Positions 23,823-37,739 of a stretch of DNA of 39,533 nucleotides are shown here, piece by piece. The stretch is from Tubiluchus corallicola (taxonomy: Eukaryota; Animalia; Priapulida). The position numbers and the translations under genes were made by a program. The number at the start of each line of letters is the position of its first letter. Position 1 is the stretch's first letter. The DNA is taken from contig JAQGDQ010001466.1 of assembly GCA_030141605.1 (NCBI GenBank), forward strand, positions 1 through 39,533. The letters are read 5' to 3'. Below the pieces are notes generated by a model. It worked only from the letters and a program-made list of their open reading frames with translations, did no database searches and was not told the origin of the DNA.

Positions 23823-25730
23823 TGTCAATAAGTTTAGACTCTCTAAGCTTAAAAGAAAAATGTGTCAGGTTTTTCTCGTGTCCGAATCCGGCTTACAAAG
23901 TGCTTTGCGAATTAGGTGAAGCTTGGAAAGAAAAGGCAAAGTTGGGTTGATCCAAGTTCGGGGAACAGAGGATAAAGAAAATACACGCTTAACAGCTTTA
24001 TAACTACCTTTTGAGAAATTTGCGCAACAAAGATATTGAATATATCAATAAGCGTTGCTAAAAATCTACTACAACTCATACACAAAGCAGCCATTAGTAA
24101 TAGGCTACATAATTCAGGAACAAACTGCCCTGGTATTGGTGAAAGGCAGGGCAGAGGTCAGTTGTGATAACAATGGCTGGAGTTTATTCGGTCTACTAGG
24201 CTACAAACGTGATGGTCCAGCAAGCATTATGACTCAAAAAATCGCATGTGTTGCATGGATTACACTCACTTGAGAAACTCGTGCTCTAGAGGTGAGCAGT
24301 GCAAGAATAAAATTAGTGATTGTTGAGCTTAAAATCAAAATACATTTACACAAGATTTAGAGATTACGTAAATACATACAGTGCAGGTAAGTTTCTTTCT
24401 TTTTCGATGTAGTTTTACGCTATATTTAACATGTAAACACCAGAGCAGCTGTAGAGAAAAAATACTATAGAAAAACAGAATTTAATATTTAAAAAAATCA
24501 GCAGCTAAACTCATAAAAAGTGCAGAAAACCTATAATTTTAGCTACACCTATACCTACACTACACCTATATACCCCATATTCAAGTTTTGGAAACCAAAC
24601 ACGTATCATAAAGTACTGTTTGAGTTAAGCTATTGCTAATCTAAAAATGATTTTTGAAATGTAGTACTGAGTCTAAAACTGTACAATATATCAAAGTACT
24701 TGCTTTTGATGAGACTTTTGTAGCTCAGTTAAAATGATAGACTAATTGCGCCAATTAGTTTCGCGAAAATTTACAATGTCACGTGGTTTAATTTCATCCC
24801 GCGGGATTCTCGTGCTAAAGCGGATTTTTTGTTGAAATGTTCACCCCTCTAGAAAGGGGGTGTCATTTCTTGATTTCTTAAAAACGTAATGAAAAATGGG
24901 CATTTTAAGGCAAAGGAAACACACCGGAGAAAAAGCAAAAAAATAAAAAAAGAAATCATTAGTTTAAAAATTCTACTTAAAAACGCTATAAAATTAATTA
25001 ATCCTCCATGATAAATGTTAAGATTTCATTTAGTTCACTCAAGCTCTCGCTTTACTTGTATTTAAATCATCCATCGCCAGAAATACTTTAGAAATTTGAT
25101 TCTCAGTTAGTTTACGTTTCTCTCTGAAGTTGCTTCTGCTTTAAAAACTGTTACCACCCCTTTAGTGTGTTTGAGAAAGTTACAAAAACCTATAGACTAT
25201 TTCGTCAGTTCGACGTTTCTCTGGGAACGTATTTATAATAGCTTATTTTTAATTACATAAACACGATACGAAAACTGACATTTTACGACTGACCTATGAG
25301 CTCATATCAAGTATTTGGTTCATTATAACCTTAATGGTCTACTAACTCTACTTCATCTTGACACACTTCAATATTGCAGCATCCCTGCTAAAACACATTG
25401 ATTAATTAGCTCTATCACCGTTAGAATTTATTTTTAAAGTTATAATCCCTTTTAACAAGTCATTGTTTAGTTTTTTAGTTTTTACATTATGGTGAGCTAT
25501 CAGTTAAAAAAACTTAATGAACACAATAGTCTACCTAATAGTTAATTAATTGAAGTAAAAAGGTGTATAAGAATTATGAACCAATCAGGATTTGAACCCA
25601 CAACCTGATTATGTGAAAAGTAATCTCTATTTCTATGATCATCTATGAAAATGGGTAATTTTCATTGGGATAAAGTTTCTCACGAAAAAACGTGGCGATG
25701 ATTAACTGACTGCATTCTGTAGCAAATAGA

Positions 25731-25763
25731 ATGATGACGATGATGATGATGATGGTGATGATG

Positions 25764-25813
<50 letters not shown>

Positions 25814-25955
25814 TGTGTGTGTGTGTGTGTGTGCTGATAATGATAATGATAATGATGATGATGATGATGATGTGACGATGATGATAATAATGATGATGAT
25901 GATGATGATGTGATGATGATGATGATAATGACGATGACATTGATGACGGCGACGA
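25731..25955. repeat. (GAT)n microsatellite interrupted by (GT)n
   Basis: Directly visible. Confidence 0.95.
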
Positions 25956-26771
25956 CTTAACGTTAACTAGTAGCACCCAAAATTCTTGACTTTTGTTTGA
26001 CGCTACAGTCGCCTTTCCTTGACAGTTTTTCCTTTGATGTCCTTGACTCTTTTTATATCTACTGGGAACTTCTTTTTTAGCCTTGACAATACTCTTTGAC
26101 GCTCCTTGACGCTATTGCAATATAAATATTCTATTTCCTTTAATCACCGGAACGTAGAAATGTTGTAAATGTTTCCGTTTTTAACGCTAATAAATCAATT
26201 CATTTCAATCGAATGTGAGTAATGCAAACTTCCGTACCAGTCGAAGCTTTGATTAGAATCTCAAAAGACCTTAAAGAATTTCTGACTCAGTGGCAAGTTT
26301 TTCATTGTTGTAAGAACCGAGACATACAACTAGTAACAAAACATCGGTCTGTTGTGCTGATAAATCCTCGTTACTTAAAAGATTAGGACTTTGTTGATGG
26401 TTCTGGCTTAGAATTAAGGTTAAAAGCCCATCACCCAGGTTGTGTATGTTATGTAAATGTTACTACTAATTATTGCGTACTATTGTAAGTGTTAAATTGA
26501 CTCGGAAAGTGGTTTAAACAGTGTGCGGTGGATATTAAATTTGCTTGTAAATTTATAACACTAATTTATGAGTCTTTTAAATTTGGACATATTTTAGTGC
26601 TATTAGATTTACTGTTATGACAATGTAATTAATATTGCTACTATAATCAATTTTTGCCACGTCACAGCGCACATGGGTTAACTGAACCTAAACACAAATA
26701 TTTATTATAGTGCAGTCTGTTAAGCAAATTTACTCTTGCTGATAAAATTCGTTGAAAATTTACACGCTGGG

Positions 26772-27270
26772 CAGCGGCGGATTATGATTTTATGGGCCTT
26801 AGGCTTGAGCTTGGAACGGGCCTTTTAAATGTTGCTACACTGCTGAGCTGATGTGTTTTTGAAAATAAACATGCTAATTTCAATAAATCGGAAAAAATTG
26901 AGTCAGATATGTTGAAAAAATGGACTTTTCAGAAATTATAACTGACTTTGCCCTTAGAAAAATTCGGAAACTGAAATTTTGAACTCAAACTTAAACTGTG
27001 TAAACGTGAATTGTGTAAATTTAAATTGTGTAAACTTGAATTGTGTAAACTTAATTTGTGTAAACTTGATTTGTGTAAACCCGATTTGAAATATAGTGAC
27101 TGACTTTTGAAAAAAAAACTTTTTTCTATATTTTATTTTGGCGGGCCCCTTGCTCTTTTGTGAATTTATTTTTTTTACAAAAAAAAATTTTTCGTTTTAT
27201 TTTGCCGGGCCCCTTTTGATCCCGGGCCTTAGGGTTCAGCCTATTCAGCCTATAGGGCTATTCGCTGCAG
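26772..27270. mobile_element. hAT-type MITE (499 bp) with 8-bp TSD and an internal 15-bp tandem repeat
   Basis: acgctggg at 26764-26771 and 27271-27278. Imperfect TIR cagcggcggat/attcgctgcag, repeated gggcc subterminal motifs, and ttgtgtaaacttgaa about 6 times at ~26996-27085. Confidence 0.85.
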
Positions 27271-27569
27271 ACGCTGGGAGATCCTCACACGCTTTTCTTT
27301 CACAACTTTGGTCGCCATTCGGAAATTTTGAAAAAGAGCACTTTTGAAGCAATGTATTAGTACAATTTACTGCCACAATGAGGCGCAGAAGGCGTTTATA
27401 AACATCTTCTGCTGAAATGCTCTTCTACCAACTGTGAATTTCTAAAAAGAATTAAGGAACAACTGAACCCCATCTTAAACTACAGCAAAAGGGAACAATT
27501 TTTTTTCAAATATCACTTACGTGAAAGAATTATTACTACAGAATAGCAATTTCGTGTTTAAGCGGATAG

Positions 27570-27800
27570 TTTTTCACTGCTACATGAATTTCGTCATTGG
27601 CTAGTTAGACGGACACTAGCACCTGCATCTCGGAAACGCGCTGCACAAAAAACAGGTGCCGTACCTTTCGTTTCAGTGGTGTTCAGTTGTGACGTAGTAC
27701 ACGCGTTCAAAAACTCATGCGTGAGAAAAATTAAGTAAACTCGAAATTTGAATTTTAAACTCAAAATTTGCTGAGTTTTTGTATATCATGGAGAATGTTG
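27570..27800 (-). mobile_element. Interspersed repeat fragment, inverted relative of 14130-14345
   Basis: Reverse complement contains aggtacggcacctgttttttgtgcagcgcgtttccgagatgcaggtgctagtgtccgtctaacta. Confidence 0.65.
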
Positions 27801-28489
27801 TATTGTTCAACTGTACTTCAATTTTCGCTTTCAATACAAAGCACTATTCACTATACAACGAAATCATTTTTACTATTACCACAAACGCTTTGCATTATTA
27901 TAGGTCTTAAATTCATTTATTTATATAAATATATAATGTATATAATGTATATATTTATACTGTACTTCAAAATGTGGTGGTATATAATGTATATATTTAT
28001 ACTGTACTTCAAAATGTGGTGGATATAAAAAAAATAGAGTTTTTTCTGTTTGTGATCATGCAGTTGTATAAAGGCGGCCATTTTGAAATAAAACATGGCA
28101 GCAGTATACTAACTGTGGATCAGTAAAACATGAACTTTAACGAAAGAGATTTAAAAACCTAAGCCGTTCTTAAAGAAACGTCATCGTTAATTTAGCAAAG
28201 AGATGACCTAACCAGTCTTATTATTAATGGTGGGGAAGCTTATATTTTGAACATGCAGCTGTGTGGCGCTATAAACGCTAATGTCGTATATATCATGTTT
28301 ACATATATATTTGCATATTTACTATATTTTATAATGGAAGATTAATTTATGATGCGAATGCTTTCAATGCTGTGCACTATTTAGATATATCACCATATCT
28401 CAAATCTGCGTCTTAAAATTTTCAAACGTATTTTTTCTGCACAATACGTTTGCCCTTTCATTCTTTTCTGTAAACTTTGTGCCTAAAAC

Positions 28490-28996
28490 TTCTTCTTCTT
28501 CTTCTTCCCAGCTTTTCCCTATGCGGGGTCGCCGTTGTGAATGAGTCTTCTCCACGCATTCCTGTTGTTGACCATCTCTTCATTTATGTCTTCAATTCCC
28601 ACATGATCTTCACCGACTCTTCTTTTCAGGTGTCCATACCATCGCAATCTTGCGAGGCTTCCACTACTTTTACTGTTCCTCTGTTATTATTATTTCTAAT
28701 TTTATCTCTTCTTGTTATTCCCACCATCCATCTCAACATCCTCATCTCCACCACACCCATTTTCTTCTCTTCGATCTTCTTTAGAGAAGCTGCTTCCAGC
28801 CCATAGATTAGAGCGGGTCTGACCACTTATTTGTGGACTTTCCCTTTAAGTCTCACCGACTCATTCATAGAAGGTTTTGGCGCAGTTTTTACAGGCGGAT
28901 GCCCTTCCTGACCCTAACCCTCACTATTTATCCGTGCTTGGGAGCGGCACTGAGTTGGGCTGGCTTGCCACCGCCCCCCCCCCCCAGTGGCTAGGT
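28490..28996 (-). mobile_element. Internally deleted (bipartite) RTE-clade LINE derivative with (GAA)n tail and 19-bp TSD
   Basis: taaactttgtgcctaaaac at 28471-28489 and 28997-29015. The minus strand has an RTE 5'UTR-type motif (cccaagcacggataaatag..aggaagggcatccgcctgtaaaaac) joined to an RT C-terminal peptide (VVRPALIYGLEA..EMRMLRWMVGITRRDKIRN..RWYGHL), then (gaa)n. Confidence 0.9.
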
Positions 28997-29619
28997 TAAA
29001 CTTTGTGCCTAAAACGTCTGATCATAAACAAGGTTAAATGTTGCAGTTTCTTAACAAACAATGTGTTCGACATTTTCTACTGACCTACCTGTGTGTAATT
29101 GTGAACTTTATGCTCCATTATTGTTTGTAAGCGTATCATCGGATGGTTATCAAAGTCGGCCATTATTGGATGATAAACTGGCATGTCTTATGGCTTAGGA
29201 AGGGTAGACTTACTAGACTAGTTTCCACACCAGCGAATTATTGTTAATTGTGGATCTAGCTTTCGCTGGAAATTTGATATAATCTAATGGTCTACATAAA
29301 ACGACTGTTTTATTTTGGGAACCTATCATGTTATTGTTGTAAGTGTAGTTGGTGCATATGCCCTTTTTTGGTTTTAATTTAGTTTTCAATTACTGCCACG
29401 GTGCTGCCACCTGTTTGTTTATTTAGTAGGCACTCTCGCCAAAATGGCTGCGTCTAGTGGTCATCGCAGGACTTTTTAATACAGCGAAAATTTTCATGTT
29501 TTATACAGCGATGCTACCGACACAAGTCCAATATGCAAAAAGGCAGTATGTAGGTGGCATAAAATTTCAAGACGATTTTTTAAGTTTTAAGTAAGTTGAG
29601 GTAAGTCTTAGGTAAGTCT

Positions 29620-30004
29620 CTACGCCTCATCACCGAAGTTAAGCAACGTAGAGCCTGGTTGGTACTTGGATGGGTTACCGCCTAGGAATACCAGGTGCTG
29701 TAGGCTTGCAGGAACCCAATTCAGCCACAGTCGACGCTGCAGCTCCATCAATGTGATCAATAACTGAATCTGTTGGCGCAGACTCCATTGTCTTCCGAGA
29801 CAAAAGGATGCCGACAACAACAAAGACATGTATGTTGCTCTGTTGTATGCGTTTTTTTTTGGTGCTTGAACAATTCTACCACTTGTAAGTAGTTTCATTG
29901 TTTCAACGTAGATTGTTTCTTTATTTCCAGTTTTCCTTTATCTCTTATAATAAGCCTTTCCACAGTTTCGTTGTGCGCACGCGCAAATAGCCTAGCTTTT
30001 TACA
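29620..30004 (+). mobile_element. 5S rRNA-derived SINE-like element (SINE3 type), copy with partial 5S head
   Basis: 29625-29707 is the 3' two-thirds of a 5S sequence (A box agttaagcaacg, C box tggatggg), with no oligo-T terminator and an approximately 290-bp body. Possible TSD aggtaagtct at 29610-29619 and 30005-30014. Confidence 0.78.
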
Positions 30005-30516
30005 AGGTAAGTCTTTACTTGTCACCTGTACTATCCTTCCTGACAACTTTTTACCTGTCTACAGATAAACGTTTTCCATTTTCCATAAACAGATAAACCT
30101 GCTAAGCATAGATTATGATTGCAAATCTTTGGGTAAATTTAGAGAAACAAATTTTCAGGCAAAATAATTTAAAATTCTGAAAGTGAAACCCGAAAAGAAA
30201 AGTAAGTGGCGTGTCAGAATGAACCAATAACAGCAAACTGAAAGTAAATCTAAATAATGAAGTTACATAAAATAGCGTATAAATGCTATTAACAGCATAA
30301 TTTATATTGTGCATGACAGAACATAGGGCGCAGTCATGTTCTCAAGCTGTTTATGAGAATGTAAATGTTACATTTACATTCGTATATAAGTAAACAGTGC
30401 TTGAGGCTTTTCCTGTGCAGTATTTTTTATTTGTATTATATCCATTGTAGGCCCTTTCACTGATATTGTATATGTAACCTGTAAATGTGTATGGTGAAAT
30501 AAATGACTAAATGACT

Positions 30517-30926
30517 AAAGCTAGGCTATTTGCGCGTGCGCACATCGAAACTGTGGAAAGGCTTATTATAAGAGATAAATAAAAACTGGAAATAAAGAAA
30601 CAATCTACGTTGAAACAATGAAACTACTTACAAGTGGTAGAATTGTTCAAGCAGCAAAAAAAACACATACAACAGAGCAACATACATGTCTTTGTTGTTG
30701 TCGGCATCCTTCTGTCTCGGAAGACAATGGAGTCTGCGCCAACAGATTCAGTTATTGATCACATTGATGGAGCTGCAGCGTCGACTGTGGCTGAATTGGG
30801 CATGCTGCAAGTCTACAGCACCTGGTATTCCTAGGCGGTCACCCATCCAAGTACCAACCAGGCTCTACGTTGCTTAACTTCGGTGATGAGACGAGAACCG
30901 GTGTTTTCAACGTGATTTGGCCGTAG
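30517..30926 (-). mobile_element. 5S rRNA-derived SINE-like element, copy with near-complete 5S head
   Basis: The reverse complement is near-identical to 29625-29998 and extends the 5S head to its 5' end. Confidence 0.8.
30809..30926 (-). pseudogene. 5S rRNA-derived sequence (118 nt), head of the SINE-like element
   Basis: Reads ctacggccaaatcacgttgaaaacaccggttctcgtctcatcaccgaagttaagcaacgtagagcctggttggtacttggatgggtgaccgcctaggaataccaggtgctgtagactt: an invertebrate-type 5S lacking the first bases and the T-run terminator. Confidence 0.85.
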
Positions 30927-31779
30927 TTTTTCATGTCATGAACTTAATATTAATATTACTTATGAACTTAATATATATTACAGTTAGTCAGTCAGTCAGG
31001 CTTGCAGTAAGTTATTTCAGACGGACTTGTCTTCAAATACTTTATGGACCAATCTGGCATTAATTTTAATAACTTCTAGATCTTGTGACGCATTTAAATA
31101 CACGAATTTCTCATTTAGGTAAGAATGCTAATTAACAATGTCGAAAAACTGCGGTAACCTTGACGCTTGAATGGTAACCGTGACGCTTGTGCCACCGCAG
31201 AGTAACTACTTTATAGAGTCTAGCTTTATATAATTTTCTCTTTGCACAATCGTTTCACCACAGGGTAGGTACACGGAAGATGAAAAAACGTTGGGAGGTA
31301 ATAAAAACGAAACAAGTGTATTTTAAAGTGCAAATATCCATTCGCGTGTTACTGTGAAAGAGTCGTTCTGCTACCAAGTGCAACCGCCTTAATATTACGA
31401 AAATATATTTGTAGTTTACACATACATGTACTGTCTTTGAATAATAATGCAGCATGATATTTTATTTTATATAATATAATGTATATAGAATGTATATTGC
31501 CAATAAAATCTTCAGTTTAAAAGATCTCAAAAAGAAATTAAAGAACACGCTACTCAAAAATGAGAGGCCCCCTTACAAAAATGATAAAATAGCTACAAAT
31601 GATGATTACGTCTATGTATTACCAGCAGTATAATGTAAATTCCATCTATTAATCGAAATAAAAAAAGGCTCACTGTAAAAATACGAATGTTTACGTCATT
31701 TTAAAATGTTTTGTGCGCATGCGTTGTCGATGTTAATGTGTAAAGTGATATTTTGTAAGTCAATTTTAATTTCACGCGA

Positions 31780-32760
<981 letters not shown>

Positions 32761-32916
32761 AATATATTTCAGACATTATCTATAGAACAAGAATAACAAT
32801 AAGGCACAAGTAAAAACATAGAGTTTGTTTACAGAAACACAGTAAGCTTATACACAAGAAAGGGTGAGATAGACTGGGTAAATAAAATTCTTAGCCACGA
32901 CTTAAAAATGCTCGAT

Positions 32917-33410
32917 CTAAAAATTGTATCTGTATTGTACAGCAAGTTATTAATAACAGTATTGTGACTGAAAAACAGTCTACTTCTGAGACTAAACGCA
33001 GCCTTCCTACGTATGCGAGAAAAACTTGGTACATTGTAGCTAAAAATTGTATCTGTATTGTACAGCAAGTTATTAATAACAGTATTCTGACTCAAAAACA
33101 GTCTACTTCTGAGACTAAACGCAGCCTTCCTACGTATGCAGGAAAAACTTGGTACATTGTATCTAAAAATTGTATCTGTATTGTACAGCAAGTTATTAAT
33201 AACAGTATTCTGACTCAAAAACAGTCTACTTCTCAGACTAAACGCAGCCTTCCTACGTATGCAAGAAAAACTTGGTACATTGTAGCTAAAAATTGTATCT
33301 GTATTGTACAGCAAGTTATTAATAACAGTATTTTGACAGAAAAACAGCCTACTTATCAGACTAAACACAGCTTTCCTACGTATGCAAGAAAAATTGGTAC
33401 ATTGTAGCTA
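32917..33410 (+). repeat. 123-bp minisatellite, 4 copies
   Basis: ctaaaaattgtatctgtattgtacagcaag recurs every 123 bp from 32917. Confidence 0.95.
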
Positions 33411-33914
33411 GCGTACATTTGACTTTCATTACTGCGAGTAGGAAGATTAAAGAGTCCTCTAATCCATGCCATGATTTCGTTGAATTCAATGTTGTTTGCA
33501 CTTTTACCATATCTTCACAACAGGTGGCAGAGACGAATTTTCTCGTGAGGTATTTATCTGCCACGGGGTTTTGAACAACGTATTAACACCGTTTAAAAAG
33601 TCGCTAAAGTCTTGTGTATACAAACTTTCCATCTATTTCTGTACATTTACAGGTCAACAGCTATGACGCATGGAAGGAGATGCCGAACTGGAGGTCAAGC
33701 GACTTTTACTCTTCTGGTAAACTTTCACAGTATAACACTAAGAGCCATCCGACCTGCACTGAAGACCCAAATTGCTAAAAAGAATGAATGCAATGTAAAT
33801 TTACCCAAAAAAGAGGCAAATTCGCAGTCTCACCAGTGAGAGGGCAGGTCATTATTGTACTTGAAAGAAACTTGAAATGAAATATGAGAAAGAATTCTCA
33901 TTTTCATGCGTTAA

Positions 33915-34441
33915 AGGAAAAACGTACGATTGATTAGACTCAAACTCATTTTAATTTACTGTCCAAAATATACATTTTTTACTTATAAAAGTTACCAATT
34001 GTTTCTAATAATTGAATAACTACCATGGAAAGTTAATTAACGACAACCGAACACAGTTATCGCTTTCGTCACAAACTAACCACAATTTGTGCAATGGTAG
34101 GCATCTTATCTGCGCGTCAAGCACGTTTGCCTAAGCGAAGATTGGTAAGCGACGTTGATGTGATGTCACGAACATGGACTTTTCATCACAGACTGACACT
34201 GCAGTTCATGATCATGCTTATCACGGTACAGCGCCCATTTATCGGCCAAGCTAATGTGACAAAAAAGCGCCATTGCTAGTTTTAATTGATTCGCGGAGCT
34301 TTGAAAGCTTAACAAAATTTAACTATCCGAGGTAATTAATATTTGATCTAACCTCTTATTTGAAAAAAGCTGTTATAGTTTTCAATATTTTAGAGCATTC
34401 TTTATTTTGAACTCAGGTTTACACAGTCGTCTGGTTTTCCT
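33915..34441 (+). mobile_element. TTAA-flanked Kolobok-like MITE (527 bp)
   Basis: TTAA 33911-33914, AGGAAAA...TTTTCCT, TTAA 34442-34445; imperfect TIR; same family as 23145-23613. Confidence 0.8.
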
Positions 34442-34890
34442 TTAACATATAATTGTTTGCATCTCCCTTCCTCAATTTTTGTACTTCCAGGAAGTACTTT
34501 GGCAAAGAAACAAGGAAAAATGACAAATTTAATAATAATATTCATTTGCTTATAAACTATTACTTACATAAATGTAAATATCCTGTTCAATAAGCGAATT
34601 AATCAGGGCAGGAAAACTGCTGAGGTTGATTATATTAATTTTGTATTTGATTATGATTTTGTGTCGCCAAAAAATATGCTAAGCAACTCTGACTGCTGGA
34701 AATGTTTAACTACGTCGAACTTTCTGAATCTGTGCAATTACGATATTCATTCTGGGCATCTTAGCAGTTTAGTTTATGCACCTAAACTGCTTGATCTGAT
34801 CACCAAATTACTCAATCTACTCAGTATTACTAATAATACGCAAAACTACTCAAAATGTGCGACTCATTCTGCGCACTCAGACTAGTCAAA

Positions 34891-36699
34891 GGAAAGAACA
34901 AGTCACTCAGTATGTTGGGAAAGAACAAGTCACTCAGTATGTTGGGAAAGAACAAGTCACTCAGTATGTTGGGAAAGAACAAGTCACTCAGTATGTTGGG
35001 AAAGAACAAGTCACTCAGTATGTTGGCAAAGAACAAGTTACTCAGTATGCTGGGAAAGAACAAGTCACTCAGTATGTTGGGAAAGAACAAGTCACACAGT
35101 ATGTTGGCAAAGAACAAGTCACTCAGTATGTTGGGAAAGAACAAGTCACTCAGTATGATGGCAAAGAACAAGTCACTCAGTATATTGGGAAAGAACAAGT
35201 CACTCAGTATGTTGGGAAAGAACAAGTCACTCAGTATGTTGGGAAAGAATAAGTCACTCAGCATGATGGGATAGAACAAGTCACTCAGTATGTTGGGAAA
35301 GAACAAGTCACTCAGTATGTTGGGAAAGAACAAGTCACACAGTATGTTGGCAAAGAACAAGTCACTCAGTATGTTGGGAAAGAACAAGTCACTCAGTATG
35401 TTGGGAAAGAACAAGTCACTCAGTATGATGGCAAAGAACAAGTCACTCAGTATATTGGGAAAGAACAAGTCACTCAGTATGTTGGGAAAGAACAAGTCAC
35501 TCAGTATGTTGGGAAAGAATAAGTCACTCAGCATATGGGATAGAACAAGTCACTCAGTATGTTGGGAAAGAACAAGTCACTCAGTATGTTGGGAAAGAAC
35601 AAGTCACTCAGTATGTTGGGAAAGAAAAGTCTGCAAGTCACTCAGTATGTTGGGAAAGAACAAGTCACTCAGTATGTTGGGAAAGAACAAGTCACTCAGT
35701 ATGTTGGGAAAGAACAAGTCACTCAGTATGTTGGGAAAGAACAAGTCACTCAGTATGTTGGGAAAGAACAAGTCACTCAGTATGTTGGGAAAGAACAAGT
35801 CACTCAGTATGTTGGGAAAGAACAAGTCACTCAGTATGTTGGGAAAGAACAAGTCACTCAGTATGTTGGGAAAGAACAAGTCACTCAGTATGTTGGGAAA
35901 GAACAAGTCACACAGTATGTTGGCAAAGAACAAGTCACTCAGTATGTTGGCAAAGAACAAGTCACTCAGTATGTTGGCAAAGAACAAGTCACTCAGTATG
36001 TTGGCAAAGAACAAGTCACTCAGTATGTTGGGAAAGAACAAGTCACTCAGTATGTTGGGAAAGAACAAGTCACTCAGTATGATGGCAAAGAACAAGTCAC
36101 TCAGTATATTGGGAAAGAACACGTCACTCAGTATGTTGGGAAAGAACAAGTCACTCAGTATGTTGGGAAAGAATAAGTCACTCAGCATGATGGGATAGAA
36201 CAAGTCACTCAGTATGTTGGGAAAGAACAAGTCACTCAGTATGTTGGGAAAGAACAAGTCACTCAGTATGTTGGGAAAGAACAAGTCACTCAGTATGTTG
36301 GGAAAGAACAAGTCACTCAGTATGTTGGGAAAGAACAAGTCACTCAGTATGTTAGGAAAGAACAAGTCACTCAGTATGTTGGGAAAGAACAAGTCACTCA
36401 GTATGTTGGGATAGAACAAGTCACTCACTATGTTGGGAAAGAACAAGTCACTCAGTATGTTGGGAAAGAACAAGTCACTCAGTATGTTGGGAAAGAACAA
36501 GTCACTCAGTATGTTGGGAAAGAACAAGTCACTCAGTATGTTGGGAAAGAACAAGTCACTCAGTATGTTAGGAAAGAACAAGTCACTCAGTATGTTGGGA
36601 AAGAACAAGTCACTCAGTATGTTGGGATAGAACAAGTCACTCAGTATGTTGGGAAAGAACAAGTCACACAGTATGTTGGGAAAGAACAAGTCACTCAGT

Positions 36700-36702
<3 letters not shown>
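34891..36702. repeat. 27-bp minisatellite, about 67 copies
   Basis: Unit gggaaagaacaagtcactcagtatgtt with recurring variant units. Confidence 0.98.
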
Positions 36703-36895
<193 letters not shown>

Positions 36896-37532
36896 TGCGA
36901 ATTACTTGTGCCAGAGCTTGTATCAATACATATAATAATTTCGTAAAAGAGCAGTCGTCAATAAAAACAATTTCGACTTGAGCTATAATGGTCGACGGAC
37001 TCGCTGATCTCAAGATAATTGATTTTTTTCAGGATTCTAGATTTTTTTCAATTCATTGCAATCGATTTTGAATCAAGGCGTCAAATGGAAAATTCCACTC
37101 CACCAATCGAAGCGTAATTTGTTCTAGTACATTACTAGTGTGGATTCACGTAACTTTAGGCTTTTTTCAAAATAATTTTTATGATGTTATCGCTGCCATC
37201 TTGAAGTCAAGATGGCGGATTGAAAATCCGACTCCTTCATCCCAAATGAAATTCGTTCTAGTATATGTTTTTGTAAAATTTCATGACGATTCGTCAACGA
37301 TTCATGTAGCCATATTTCGAAAATATTATCGCTGCCATCTTGAATTGAAAATGGCGGATTAAAAAAATTTAACTGCCTCGCGCGATGCGGAATTCGATGC
37401 AGTAAGTTCATGGCGATCCGTTGCGAATCAAGAATTTTTTATTATGACGCTACACCTTTTTCAACATTGGCAATACCCTGGGAGATGCTCACATTATTAA
37501 TTTTGGTGGGCGAGTGGCATTAATGGCGGACC
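36896..37532 (+). repeat. Block X': inverted copy of 31780-32415
   Basis: ORFs 31950..32174(-) and 37138..37362(+) differ by one residue. Confidence 0.93.
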
Positions 37533-37574
37533 ACTTAGTTGTTAGGACGGTGGAGTATAGTATGTCAGATTATA

Positions 37575-37613
<39 letters not shown>

Positions 37614-37739
37614 CTTTATTGCACAAGTTATACACATCTACAGGTATAATAAAATACATGAAAATATTATATGTACAACCAGTCAACGACTGCTGTAAGC
37701 AATCGTGTTAAATTAGAAAAACAAATTTACAAAAGTTAA

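Noticed and set aside
30809-30926. Functional 5S rRNA gene
   Set aside because: Lacks the first nucleotides and an oligo-T terminator, has substitutions relative to typical invertebrate 5S, and is fused to a shared repeat body.
32829-33407. ORFs with 41-aa repeats (also 38740..39168)
   Set aside because: Derived from the 123-bp minisatellite; open on both strands with no recognisable domain.
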